Source: a bacterium (lineage in GTDB: Bacteria > Patescibacteriota > Minisyncoccia > UBA6257 > 02-FULL-45-10c). Taken from it: a stretch of DNA of 64,000 nucleotides. The notes below the pieces were generated by a model. That model saw only the letters and a program-made list of their open reading frames with translations, was not told where the DNA came from and did not search any database. Shown in pieces: positions 27,766 to 36,639 of this stretch. The first letter of the stretch is position 1, and each line of letters begins with the position of its first letter. Location of the stretch: contig JAUSKT010000014.1 in assembly GCA_030646915.1 (NCBI GenBank), positions 30,409 through 94,408 of the forward strand, read 5' to 3'. A program made the translations under genes and the position numbers.

Positions 27766-27958
27766 CCACTCAGCCATTTTTCCAAACCAGCCAATATATT
27801 TCTATGAGAACCGCGGTTCTCTTGTCCTAGCTACAAGAGCCCGCTACCCCTCGGCAGAAAAAATCCGACCAAATAGGTCGGATAACAAGCTTTTTCTGCC
27901 TCCGAAGTTTCTCTACGAAATATATTGGCTGTTTTTGTTTGATAAAAATAGCCTCGCT
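27766..27958 (+). repeat. post-stop structured repeat, family B, copy 1
   Basis: ~190 nt, near-identical to 29423-29610 except for a central hairpin; begins right after secY TAG; outer stem CAAACCAGCCAATATATTTC / GAAATATATTGGCTG; 16-nt palindrome GAGAACCGCGGTTCTC at 27806-27821. Confidence 0.8.
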
Positions 27959-27975
27959 TAATTAGAATTTAAATA

Positions 27976-27984
27976 TGCTATAAT
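27976..27984 (+). promoter_or_regulatory. extended -10 promoter element upstream of adk
   Basis: TGCTATAAT 13 nt before the adk ATG; no good -35. Confidence 0.4.
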
Positions 27985-27996
27985 TTAATTTAAATT

Positions 27997-28677
27997 ATGC
28001 GAAAAGCAATAATCATTTATGGCCCGCCTGGAGCCGGAAAAGGAACGCAGGCTAACTTATTAGCTGATGTTTCTGGAATGCTTCATTTTGATACTGGAAA
28101 ATATATTGAGCAAGTAGTTCATGATCCGGCAAATCAAAAAAACAAAATTATTCAGCGGGAAAAAATCAATTTTGACAGCGGCAAGCTTTGCACTCCGGCT
28201 TGGGTGCTTAAAATAACTGTTGATAAAATTAAAGAGTTGTCTAAGGCTGGATTTGGTTTGGTTTTCAGCGGTTCGCCAAGAACTGTTTTTGAAGCTTTTG
28301 GGGATGATGTTAATGAGGGAGTGATTAGTGTTTTAGAAAAGCTTTATGGAAAGAAAAAAGTTGTTCCGGTTTTACTTAGGGTGGCTCCAAAAACTTCAAT
28401 TTTAAGGAATAGCAGCCGCTTAGTTTGTTCTATCTGCGGAACAGCGGTGCTCGCCCATAATTGTTTGGGCGCTAGCTGTCCTTTGTGCGGCGCAAAGCTG
28501 CGCAGAAGGACTCTAGATAAGCCAGAAGTAATAAAAGTAAGATTAGCAGAATATCAAAATCGCACCGCGCCAATTTTAGCAGGTTTAAAAAAACGCGATT
28601 ACAAAATTAAAGAAGTTAATGGGGAACCGGCTCCTTATAAAGTATTTCAAGCTTTATTTAAAAAACTAAATGATTAA
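27997..28677 (+). CDS. adk: adenylate kinase (zinc-lid type)
   Basis: GPPGAGKGTQ P-loop; lid CSICG...CPLCG. Confidence 0.92.
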   Translation: MRKAIIIYGPPGAGKGTQANLLADVSGMLHFDTGKYIEQVVHDPANQKNKIIQREKINFDSGKLCTPAWVLKITVDKIKELSKAGFGLVFSGSPRTVFEAFGDDVNEGVISVLEKLYGKKKVVPVLLRVAPKTSILRNSSRLVCSICGTAVLAHNCLGASCPLCGAKLRRRTLDKPEVIKVRLAEYQNRTAPILAGLKKRDYKIKEVNGEPAPYKVFQALFKKLND

Positions 28678-29422
28678 AACGGAGGCGGAAATTAAATTAA
28701 TAAGAATTGCCGGTAAAATTCTTTCCAGCGTTGCAAAAAAAGTTAAAGAATCAGTAGCGCCGGGCGTTTCTTTGCTTGAATTAGACCAGCTTACAAAGAA
28801 GTTAATTAGGGATGCGGGCGCGGAACCTACTTTCCTTGGATATCAGCCTTATGGCGCAGAAAAGCCTTTTCCAGCCTCTATTTGCGCTTCTTTGAACGAG
28901 GTGGTGGTTCATGGGATTCCGACTGGTTATAAGCTGAAATCAGGGGATTTATTGAAGCTGGATTTTGGGGTTACTTATCAGGGATATATAGCTGATTCGG
29001 CTTTTACTATCGGGGTAGGAAAAATTACCAAGCAAGCTAAAGATTTAATAGAAGCTACTAGAAATGCTCTTTCGGTTGGTATTAGGGAATGCCGTTCTGG
29101 GAAGACTTTAGGCGATATTGGCTGGGCAATTAATAATTATGTTGTTAAGCATGGATTTAAGGTAGTAAAAGGATTATCAGGCCATGGAGTGGGAAAAGAA
29201 CTGCATGAGGATCCGCCAGTTTTTAATGAAGGCCAAAAAAATACTGGTTTAAAATTAAAGCCAGGGATGGTGCTTGCGCTTGAGCCGATGGTCAGCGCGG
29301 GCGATCCATATATCACCCAGCTTGAAGACGAAAGTTACGCAACTAGAGATAAAAGCTTAGCAGCTCATTTTGAACATACTGTTTTGATTACTGAAAAAGA
29401 ACCGGAAATATTGACTAGATAG
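28670..29422 (+). CDS. map: type I methionine aminopeptidase
   Basis: 250 aa; VVHGIP, LKLDFG, SGHGVG, LEPM and HFEHT metal-ligand regions. Confidence 0.94.
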   Translation: MIKTEAEIKLIRIAGKILSSVAKKVKESVAPGVSLLELDQLTKKLIRDAGAEPTFLGYQPYGAEKPFPASICASLNEVVVHGIPTGYKLKSGDLLKLDFGVTYQGYIADSAFTIGVGKITKQAKDLIEATRNALSVGIRECRSGKTLGDIGWAINNYVVKHGFKVVKGLSGHGVGKELHEDPPVFNEGQKNTGLKLKPGMVLALEPMVSAGDPYITQLEDESYATRDKSLAAHFEHTVLITEKEPEILTR

Positions 29423-29610
29423 CTCGCATATTTTTCCAAACCAGCCAGTATATTCCTACGAGAACCGCGGTTCTCTTGTTCTAGCTACAAGAGCCCGCTA
29501 CCCCTCGGCAGAAAAATCCTTCGACAAGCTCAGGAAACAAGCTTTTTCTGCCTGCGGAGTTTCTCTACGAAATATATCGGCTGTTTTGTTTGATAAAAAT
29601 ATTCTCGCTT
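29423..29610 (+). repeat. post-stop structured repeat, family B, copy 2
   Basis: begins right after map TAG; same modules as copy 1; followed (29611-29685) by a segment resembling the right arm of family C. Confidence 0.8.
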
Positions 29611-29778
29611 TTTTTGCTTTGCTTATGCAATGTTCTTAAATAAATGAAAGGTTCGCCTTGTTGTTTTTAGCAGTTGCCGCATGGCAGATAAGTATAGTTT
29701 GCTTTTATTGTTTGATTTATTTTAAAAATAGTTTTATTATATCCTTAAGTTCATTTATAGCAGGAAAAGAAGATAGAG

Positions 29779-30219
29779 ATGCAAAAGAAAAAAAGTTTTG
29801 GAAGGCGTTTTGGTGAAGCTCTTTGGAAGAAACTTACTAAAGGTTGCAAGCCGGGAAAATGGCTTTGCGACGAAGAAAAAATATTTCTTAAAGAAACATT
29901 AAAAGAATTTAAAATATCTACTGTAAAGAGAGATAAGATTATAAACCTTGATCGTTGCAGTTGTTTGACTCTAATCAATTCGCATAAACAAGTTGAAGAT
30001 ATTCTAAATTATTCGCCGAGAGAACTGGAAATAAAAGAGGAGAGGCGAATCAAAACAGCAAAGCTTAAAGCAGAAAAGCGCCGCAAAAAACTGATGGCCG
30101 AGATACGTCAAGTAAAGAAATTATTCAAATCAGCGAAAAACAAAGATCACGTTACTACTCTTAAAAAAATAATAAGACTAAACCGTTTTTTGATGAAAAA
30201 TTTGTCGTACTACGTTTAA
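29779..30219 (+). CDS. hypothetical Lys-rich protein
   Basis: 146-aa ORF followed by a terminator; no family recognised. Confidence 0.45.
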   Translation: MQKKKSFGRRFGEALWKKLTKGCKPGKWLCDEEKIFLKETLKEFKISTVKRDKIINLDRCSCLTLINSHKQVEDILNYSPRELEIKEERRIKTAKLKAEKRRKKLMAEIRQVKKLFKSAKNKDHVTTLKKIIRLNRFLMKNLSYYV

Positions 30220-30240
30220 CGCCTTAATTGGGCGTTTTTT
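30218..30240 (+). terminator. rho-independent terminator
   Basis: AACGCC-TTAATTG-GGCGTT stem-loop plus T-run. Confidence 0.7.
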
Positions 30241-30256
30241 GTTATAATAAATAGGT

Positions 30257-30319
30257 AACCCACGCCGTTGGCGGGGTGCTCAAATTTGTAGATAAATTTT
30301 CGTCGCTACAAATTGAGCT
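30257..30319 (+). other. two-hairpin conserved motif, copy 1 (upstream of the GT2 gene)
   Basis: GC hairpin CCCACGCC-GTT-GGCGGGG, then long stem GCTCAAATTTGTAG (30278-30291) / CTACAAATTGAGC (30306-30318) with an AAATTTTCGTCG-type loop. Confidence 0.6.
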
Positions 30320-30343
30320 AGAAAATTTATACAAATTTGGCAT

Positions 30344-31075
30344 ATGGCACGACCTTTTCTTTCCGTTATTATTCCAGCTTACAACGAAGCAAAGCGCTTG
30401 CCGCTTACGCTTATTGATATTGATAAGCATTTGGAAACCCAAGAATATTCGTATGAAATTTTAGTGGTTAATGACGGATCAACTGATGAGACTCCGGAAA
30501 TTGTTAAAAGATTCTTTCCAATGGTTGAAAATTTAAAGCTGATTGATAATAAGGAAAACCATGGCAAGGGAGCTGCTGTAAAACAGGGAATGCTTGCCGG
30601 AAAAGGAACTTGGAGGCTTTTTATGGATGCGGATAATTCAACTTCAATAGTGGAATTTAATAAAATGATCCCGTATTTTAAAGAGGGTTACGAAGTAGTT
30701 ATCGGTTCTAGGGATGTTAAGGGTTCAAGAATGCTCCCGTCTCAGCGTTTTTATAAAAGATGGCTGGGGAATTTTGGCAATTTGATTATTCAAGCGCTTT
30801 TATTGCCGGGTATCTGGGACACTCAATGTGGATTTAAATGTTTTTCCGATGAGGCCGCAGAAAAAATTTTTCGACGCACTAAAATTGACCGATGGGGTTT
30901 TGACGCAGAAGCCTTAGCGATAGGAAAGGCATTAAGTTATGAAATCAAGGAAATGCCGATTTTTTGGGTTAATGATACGCGAACTTATGTTTCTTTTTTG
31001 ACTTATTTGCAGGTTTTATGGGAAACTGCTAAAATACGCTGGTGGCTTTGGAGGAACAGCTATGGTCTAAAATAA
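30344..31075 (+). CDS. GT2 family glycosyltransferase (polyprenol-phosphate sugar transferase-like)
   Basis: SVIIPAYNEAKRL, VVNDGSTDET, FMDADNS (DxD) and QCGFKCF motifs. Confidence 0.85.
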   Translation: MARPFLSVIIPAYNEAKRLPLTLIDIDKHLETQEYSYEILVVNDGSTDETPEIVKRFFPMVENLKLIDNKENHGKGAAVKQGMLAGKGTWRLFMDADNSTSIVEFNKMIPYFKEGYEVVIGSRDVKGSRMLPSQRFYKRWLGNFGNLIIQALLLPGIWDTQCGFKCFSDEAAEKIFRRTKIDRWGFDAEALAIGKALSYEIKEMPIFWVNDTRTYVSFLTYLQVLWETAKIRWWLWRNSYGLK

Positions 31076-31080
31076 TTAAG

Positions 31081-31139
31081 TCCCGCCGATGGTGGGATGC
31101 TCATGTTTGTAGTAAAATTTTCTTCGCTACACATGAGCT
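31081..31139 (+). other. two-hairpin conserved motif, copy 2 (upstream of greA)
   Basis: TCCCGCC-GAT-GGTGGGA, then GCTCATGTTTGTAG (31099-31112) / CTACACATGAGC (31127-31138); stem differs from copy 1 by paired substitutions. Confidence 0.6.
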
Positions 31140-31156
31140 CAAAAATTTAAACAAAC

Positions 31157-31618
31157 ATGGCAGATAAACAATATCTTACAAAAGAACGGCTAGAAGAGTT
31201 AAAAGTAGAATTAGCTGATCTTAAAACCCGGCGCCGTATTGAAATTGGCGAAAGGTTAAAAAGAGCCAAAGAACTTGGTGATCTTTCGGAAAACTCTGAA
31301 TATTTTGAGGCTCGCGAAGAGCAAGCGCAAGTAGAAACTCGGATTGGCGAATTGGAAGATATGATTAAAAGCGCGGAAATTATTACAAAAAATTACTCGG
31401 TTACATCCGTTTCTATCGGATCCACGGTGGAAGTTGAAAAAGCCGGAAAAAAAATGAAGTTTACTATAGTCGGTTCCAATGAAGCGAAGCCGGAATCCGG
31501 TTTTATTTCCAATGAATCTCCGCTCGGCAGCGTTTTTCTCGGCAAAAAGCCAGGCGAGAAAGTTTTGGTGACTACTCCAAGCGGCAAGGCGGAATATTCA
31601 ATTCTTTCTATAAGTTAA
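31157..31618 (+). CDS. greA: transcription elongation factor GreA
   Basis: 153 aa; GDLSENSEYFEAREEQ coiled-coil tip motif and C-terminal FKBP-like domain. Confidence 0.93.
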   Translation: MADKQYLTKERLEELKVELADLKTRRRIEIGERLKRAKELGDLSENSEYFEAREEQAQVETRIGELEDMIKSAEIITKNYSVTSVSIGSTVEVEKAGKKMKFTIVGSNEAKPESGFISNESPLGSVFLGKKPGEKVLVTTPSGKAEYSILSIS

Positions 31619-31635
31619 AGCTAAGCTAGTTATTT

Positions 31636-33021
31636 ATGATTGAGGATATTATCCAGGAACGTTTAAAAAAGCGGGATAATCTTATAAAAGCCGGATACGA
31701 AATTTATCCAAGCCGGATCAATCGCAGCTCGGGGATTGGGCGGGTTTTAAGCTGGTTTTTTATTTATTCTTTATTGCGTAAAAAAGTTTCGGTTGCAGGC
31801 AGGGTAATGGGAATGCGGGCGCAAGGGGGAGTAATGTTTTTGGATTTGATGGACGAGAGTGGCAGGCTTCAGGCGGTTTTAAATAAAAAATTTACAAAAG
31901 AGTTTTCTTTATTAAAAGATAATTTAGACATAGGCGATTTTGTTATTGCAAAGGGCAGATTATTTACTACTAAAAAAGGGGAAAAAAGCATAGAAACGAA
32001 AGAATTATTAGTTGCTGTTAAAAGCCTCCGGCCATTGCCTTCAGAATGGTATGGATTAAAAGATGTTGAAGAACGATTCAGAAAGCGATATCTGGATTTA
32101 ATTCTAAGCAAAGAAGTTAAAGAAAAAATTATAACCCGCTCTAAAATTGTCCAAAATTTAAGAGGTATTTTAGAAAAAGAAGGGTTTTTAGAAGTAGAAA
32201 CTCCAATGCTTCAGCCAATTGCTGGCGGAGCAACGGCCAGGCCATTTAAAACTCATCACAATGCCCTGGACACGGATTTTTATTTGCGAATCGCGCCGGA
32301 ACTTTATTTAAAAAGATTGCTAGTGGGAGGCTTGGAAAAAATATTTGAAATTGGCAGGAATTTCCGGAACGAGGGGATGGATCGGGACCATAATCCGGAA
32401 TTTACTATGTTGGAGCTTTATTGGGCTTATCAGGATTATGAAGGCTTAATGGAGGGGGTTAAAAAATGGCTTTTAGATTTAACTTCAAGTTTAGATTTGG
32501 ATTCAGTAACTCATAATGGCCATAAAATTAATTTAAAATCAGATTGGCAAACTATTACTTATGAAGAAGCGATTAAAAAATATAGCGGTAAGAATTTAAA
32601 GGATTTGAATATTGAGGAAATTGATGAAACTTTTAAAAAAGATGTCCGGCCAAATTTGATCCAACCAACTTTTGTTATCCGATATCCCAAAGCTATTTCT
32701 CCATTGGCAAAGTCATGTAAGGATGATAAAAATTTTACTGAAAGGTTCCAATTAGTCATTGCCGGCACTGAATTAGTTAATGGTTTTTCCGAGCTTAATG
32801 ACCCAGCTGACCAAAGAGAGCGGATGGAGGAGCAGGAGAAGCGTTTTCGGGCCGGAGATCAGGAAGCTTCCAGGTTGGATGAAGATTTTTTAGAAGCCTT
32901 AGAATATGGCATGCCGCCAGCTGCGGGCTTGGGCATTGGCATTGACCGTTTGACTGCGCTTCTGACTAATACTCATTCTGTAAAGGAAATAATTATTTTC
33001 CCGACATTGCGCCCAAAGTAA
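31636..33021 (+). CDS. lysS: lysine--tRNA ligase (class II)
   Basis: 461 aa; FLEVETPMLQ, FRNEGMDRDHNPEFTMLE and GLGIGIDRL class II motifs. Confidence 0.94.
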   Translation: MIEDIIQERLKKRDNLIKAGYEIYPSRINRSSGIGRVLSWFFIYSLLRKKVSVAGRVMGMRAQGGVMFLDLMDESGRLQAVLNKKFTKEFSLLKDNLDIGDFVIAKGRLFTTKKGEKSIETKELLVAVKSLRPLPSEWYGLKDVEERFRKRYLDLILSKEVKEKIITRSKIVQNLRGILEKEGFLEVETPMLQPIAGGATARPFKTHHNALDTDFYLRIAPELYLKRLLVGGLEKIFEIGRNFRNEGMDRDHNPEFTMLELYWAYQDYEGLMEGVKKWLLDLTSSLDLDSVTHNGHKINLKSDWQTITYEEAIKKYSGKNLKDLNIEEIDETFKKDVRPNLIQPTFVIRYPKAISPLAKSCKDDKNFTERFQLVIAGTELVNGFSELNDPADQRERMEEQEKRFRAGDQEASRLDEDFLEALEYGMPPAAGLGIGIDRLTALLTNTHSVKEIIIFPTLRPK

Positions 33022-33137
33022 AAGTCGCCCTGAAATGGAGTTTTTCGCCAATAAATTTCCTAATTATAGCGAGTTATACTTGTTTGTCGTACGGTAACTC
33101 TCGGAGGCGATTAAAGCTGGTTCTCGCGAATGGGGAG

Positions 33138-33165
33138 TTGACAGAATTCATAAATTTTATATACT
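33138..33165 (+). promoter_or_regulatory. sigma70-type promoter
   Basis: TTGACA (33138-33143), 16-nt spacer, TATACT (33160-33165); would drive a ~150-nt structured leader ahead of the ORF at 33326. Confidence 0.55.
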
Positions 33166-33325
33166 TAAATTATCCAAGAAAGGAAAGGGCAAAGGCTTTT
33201 GGGTCTGTCGACTCTATCCCTAAGGATCGAAACTTCGAATTATATTCGGGGCATCGATCTTTGAGATAAAAAATCGACTGATCTGGAAGCCTTTTCCTTT
33301 TTCTGAAATTTAAAATCGAAGCAAC

Positions 33326-33637
33326 ATGACGAAAGAAGAATATCGTCCGCGAGAGCACAATCTTCGCCCGCGCATGCTTTTGGAAATTAAAAAAGATGTT
33401 ACGCTTTTGTTATTTTATACGGGTCAGGATATGCCTACGCAAATTAAACTCAAGAAGGGAATCCGAGTTACCCTACAGAGCGTTGAGTTGAATCTTTGCG
33501 CAACTATTCGGGGATTAGCGATTGGCCCTTCAGTCAGAATAGACACGAAGCAAAGCGTTGATATAGAAGATAGATTTTTAAATAAAGTAGTGACAGCCCC
33601 CGCTCAACATCTCAGAGTCCACCCTCAAGAGTTGTAA
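33326..33637 (+). CDS. hypothetical protein (103 aa)
   Basis: ORF between a candidate promoter/leader and a strong terminator; slightly more GC-rich than neighbours; no family recognised. Confidence 0.45.
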   Translation: MTKEEYRPREHNLRPRMLLEIKKDVTLLLFYTGQDMPTQIKLKKGIRVTLQSVELNLCATIRGLAIGPSVRIDTKQSVDIEDRFLNKVVTAPAQHLRVHPQEL

Positions 33638-33638
33638 T

Positions 33639-33662
33639 CTCCGGTTAATCCGGAGTTTTTTT
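33639..33662 (+). terminator. rho-independent terminator
   Basis: CTCCGG-TTAAT-CCGGAG plus T7. Confidence 0.8.
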
Positions 33663-33693
33663 ATATCTTAAACTGAGATATAATTATATAAAT

Positions 33694-34941
33694 ATGTTAG
33701 ATGTAAGTATTATCCGCAAAGATTCGGATTTAGTTAAAAAAGGATTAAAAGCAAAGAATGCTGATGCCGGCTTGGTAGACCGTTTTTTAGAGTTAGATGA
33801 AAAGTGGAGGGGATTAAATAAACAATTTGACGATTTAAGGGCAGAGCAGAAAAAACTTGGCAAGGAAGGAAAAGAAAAAGCAATACAGTTAAAATCAGAA
33901 TTAAAAAAAATTGAAGCTGACCTTCTTGTACTGGATAAAATGCGCGAGGAGATTTTAGGCCAAATGCCGAATTTACCCTTGCCGTCCGTTATTGTAGGTA
34001 AAGATGAAAAAGAAAACAAAACTATAAGAGAAGTCGGCGAGAAGTCCGGATTAAAAAATCCTAAAGATTATTTAACTTTGGCGCAGGAATTGGATTTAAT
34101 AGATACAGAACGGGCTTCCATGGTTTCCGGCAGCCGTTTTGGCTATCTGAAAGGCTCTGCCGCTCTTTTAGAATTTGCCCTAGTGGATCTGGCGATGAGA
34201 ACTTTATTAAAAGAGGGTTTTACTCCGGTTATTCCGCCAGTTTTGATTAATGAAAAATCTATGCGCGCTATGGGTTATTTAGAGAGGGGCAAAGATGAAA
34301 TTTATTATTTGCCGTCAGATAATCTTTATTTAGTGGGCACTTCAGAGCAATCAATCGGGCCGATGCACATGGATGAAGTTTTTAAGGAAGAGAATTTGCC
34401 AAAACGATATGTTTCATTTTCAAGCTGTTTCCGGCGGGAAGCCGGTTCTTATGGAAAAGACACCAAAGGAATTTTGCGAGTTCATCAATTTGATAAGGTG
34501 GAAATGTTCAGCTTGGTAAAATCGGAAGATTCCGAAAAAGAGCACATTTTTTTGCTTTCTTTGGAAGAAAAATTAATGCAGGCTTTAGAATTGCCATATC
34601 GGGTACTAGATATTTGTTCCGGAGATTTAGGCGATCCGGCAGCGGCAAAATATGACATTGAGGCCTGGATGCCAGGCCAAAATTCCGGAAAAGGGGAATA
34701 TAGGGAAACTCATTCAACTTCCAATACTACTGATTTTCAGTCCCGGCGTTTGAATATTAAATATAAAAATTCCAATGGGAAATTGGAATTTGTGCATATG
34801 CTCAATGGCACTGCATTTGCCATGGGCCGGATGATTATCGCTATTTTAGAGAATTATCAAACAGAAAAGGGAACTATTAAAGTTCCCCCAGTATTGCAAA
34901 ATTATCTTGAAATTCAGGAAATTATAAAAAGCGGTATTTAA
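33694..34941 (+). CDS. serS: serine--tRNA ligase
   Basis: 415 aa; N-terminal coiled coil, FRREAGSYGKDTKGILRVHQF and TSNTTDFQSRRL motifs. Confidence 0.95.
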   Translation: MLDVSIIRKDSDLVKKGLKAKNADAGLVDRFLELDEKWRGLNKQFDDLRAEQKKLGKEGKEKAIQLKSELKKIEADLLVLDKMREEILGQMPNLPLPSVIVGKDEKENKTIREVGEKSGLKNPKDYLTLAQELDLIDTERASMVSGSRFGYLKGSAALLEFALVDLAMRTLLKEGFTPVIPPVLINEKSMRAMGYLERGKDEIYYLPSDNLYLVGTSEQSIGPMHMDEVFKEENLPKRYVSFSSCFRREAGSYGKDTKGILRVHQFDKVEMFSLVKSEDSEKEHIFLLSLEEKLMQALELPYRVLDICSGDLGDPAAAKYDIEAWMPGQNSGKGEYRETHSTSNTTDFQSRRLNIKYKNSNGKLEFVHMLNGTAFAMGRMIIAILENYQTEKGTIKVPPVLQNYLEIQEIIKSGI

Positions 34942-35431
34942 TCAGAGCCCCGATCAATCCAAGAGAGTTATATGCTATGTGAAGGAAAATTGCGGATTCC
35001 AGCGATTTAGTTTCTACGACTGCCCAGCCGGCAACCATCCCCATAAATAAGGCGTCTAATGGAAATCCGTGCCCGCCCGAATCAAGCACTGCCCAATAAT
35101 AGGTAGGAAGTAGAATAACCACCCAAGTTATAAGATTTTTAGTGTTTAAATTTGGGAAAAAAAAGATTAGTAATCTTACTGGTCCGCGATAAAAGAATTC
35201 TTGGGTTAGGGGAGCTAATATCAAAAATTGGTATACCAACTCCTTTATGGGAGTATTTTTAAGCGTATCTTCCATTGCTTGAATTTCTGCTTTATTTTGC
35301 AGGCCGAAAATCTTACTTAATACATCAATAGGAATAGCGATTAAAATAAGCAATAAACTGGCGGCAATTACAGGAGGCATTGCAGTAAGATGAGTTTTCA
35401 ATTCTTCCCACCGCATCTTTAAATTATTCAT
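34922..35431 (-). CDS. CPBP family intramembrane protease-like protein
   Basis: 169 aa; QEFFYRG (EExxxR-like) and FLHIAYNSLG (HxxxN) motifs; overlaps serS 3' end by 20 nt. Confidence 0.55.
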   Translation of the reverse strand: MNNLKMRWEELKTHLTAMPPVIAASLLLILIAIPIDVLSKIFGLQNKAEIQAMEDTLKNTPIKELVYQFLILAPLTQEFFYRGPVRLLIFFFPNLNTKNLITWVVILLPTYYWAVLDSGGHGFPLDALFMGMVAGWAVVETKSLESAIFLHIAYNSLGLIGALIKYRFL

Positions 35432-35511
35432 GTCAAATCTCCCATATTTTTGTTAGAATAATATCAAGAATCTATTATTAAAATAATACTTTAAGGCGCA
35501 ATTGTCAAAGC

Positions 35512-36621
35512 ATGCGGAACTTTAAAACTTGGGTGGAAATCAGTAAAAAAGCCGTTGAGCATAATTATAAAACCTTCCGGTCTATTTTGGCTACCAGAAC
35601 CCAGCTTTGGTCAGTGGTTAAATCTAATGCTTACGGGCATGGTTTAACTGCTTTTAGCCAACTAGCCAGTCAATTAGGGGTGGATGGCTTTTGCGTTGAC
35701 AGCGTAGCTGAAGGGATAAAATTAAGGTCAGTTGGCATTAAAAAACCGATTTTAGTTTTAGGCCCTACTTTTGCGCCGTTTTTAAAATTAGCTGCTGATA
35801 ATAGTTTAATAATAACTATCTCTAATTGGGATTTATTGAAAAATTTGGCTAAAGCTAAAATTAGGCCAGCTATTCATTTAAAAGTAGACAGCGGGATGCA
35901 TCGGCAAGGATTTTATAATAGCGAATTAGCCGAAGTGGCAAGATTTATTAAGGAAAATAAAATTGATTTAATTGGCGTTTATACCCATTTTGCTTCGGCA
36001 AAAGATTTGAATTATCCGACTTATACGGAAAATCAGTTTGAGGAATTTCAAAAATCTATAAAAATTTTAGGAAAATTTGGTTTTACTAAATTAAAAAAAC
36101 ACGCATCGGCAACCGGAGGCGTTTTAGTTAATCCTAAATATCATTTGGATATGGTAAGGATTGGCATCGGGTTATACGGCCTTTGGCCATCAAAAGAATT
36201 TATGATGCAAAAAAGCGGATTAAAATTAAAACCGGCGCTTTCTTGGCATACGGTCATTAGCGAGGTTAAAAATTTAAAAGCTGGTGATTTTGTCGGCTAT
36301 GATTTAGTGGAAAGAGTAAGTAAGTCTACCAGGATGGCAATTCTGCCAATCGGCTATTGGCACGGCTTCCCTCGTTCTTTATCTGGCATTGGAGAAGTCT
36401 TAATTAATGGCAAAAAAGCCAAGGTTTTGGGCCGGGTTTCGATGGATCTGGTAGTTATTGATGCCGATAATATCCATTGCAAAGTAGGCGATAAGGCGAC
36501 GATTATTGGAAGGCAAAAGGGGGAAGAATTGGCAGCCTTTGACGTCGCTCAAAAAATGAACACCATCCATTATGAATTAATTACCAGAATTAATCCGCTG
36601 ATAGAAAGAATAGTTACTTAA
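35512..36621 (+). CDS. alr: alanine racemase
   Basis: 369 aa; VVKSNAYGHG PLP-lysine motif. Confidence 0.92.
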   Translation: MRNFKTWVEISKKAVEHNYKTFRSILATRTQLWSVVKSNAYGHGLTAFSQLASQLGVDGFCVDSVAEGIKLRSVGIKKPILVLGPTFAPFLKLAADNSLIITISNWDLLKNLAKAKIRPAIHLKVDSGMHRQGFYNSELAEVARFIKENKIDLIGVYTHFASAKDLNYPTYTENQFEEFQKSIKILGKFGFTKLKKHASATGGVLVNPKYHLDMVRIGIGLYGLWPSKEFMMQKSGLKLKPALSWHTVISEVKNLKAGDFVGYDLVERVSKSTRMAILPIGYWHGFPRSLSGIGEVLINGKKAKVLGRVSMDLVVIDADNIHCKVGDKATIIGRQKGEELAAFDVAQKMNTIHYELITRINPLIERIVT

Positions 36622-36639
36622 TCGACTGATGATTAGCGT

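Noticed and set aside
33084-33358. Track ORFs 33084..33269 (+) and 33170..33358 (-) in the lysS-serS gap.
   Set aside because: They overlap each other and the predicted promoter and leader helices. There is no family resemblance, and their translations look like non-coding sequence.
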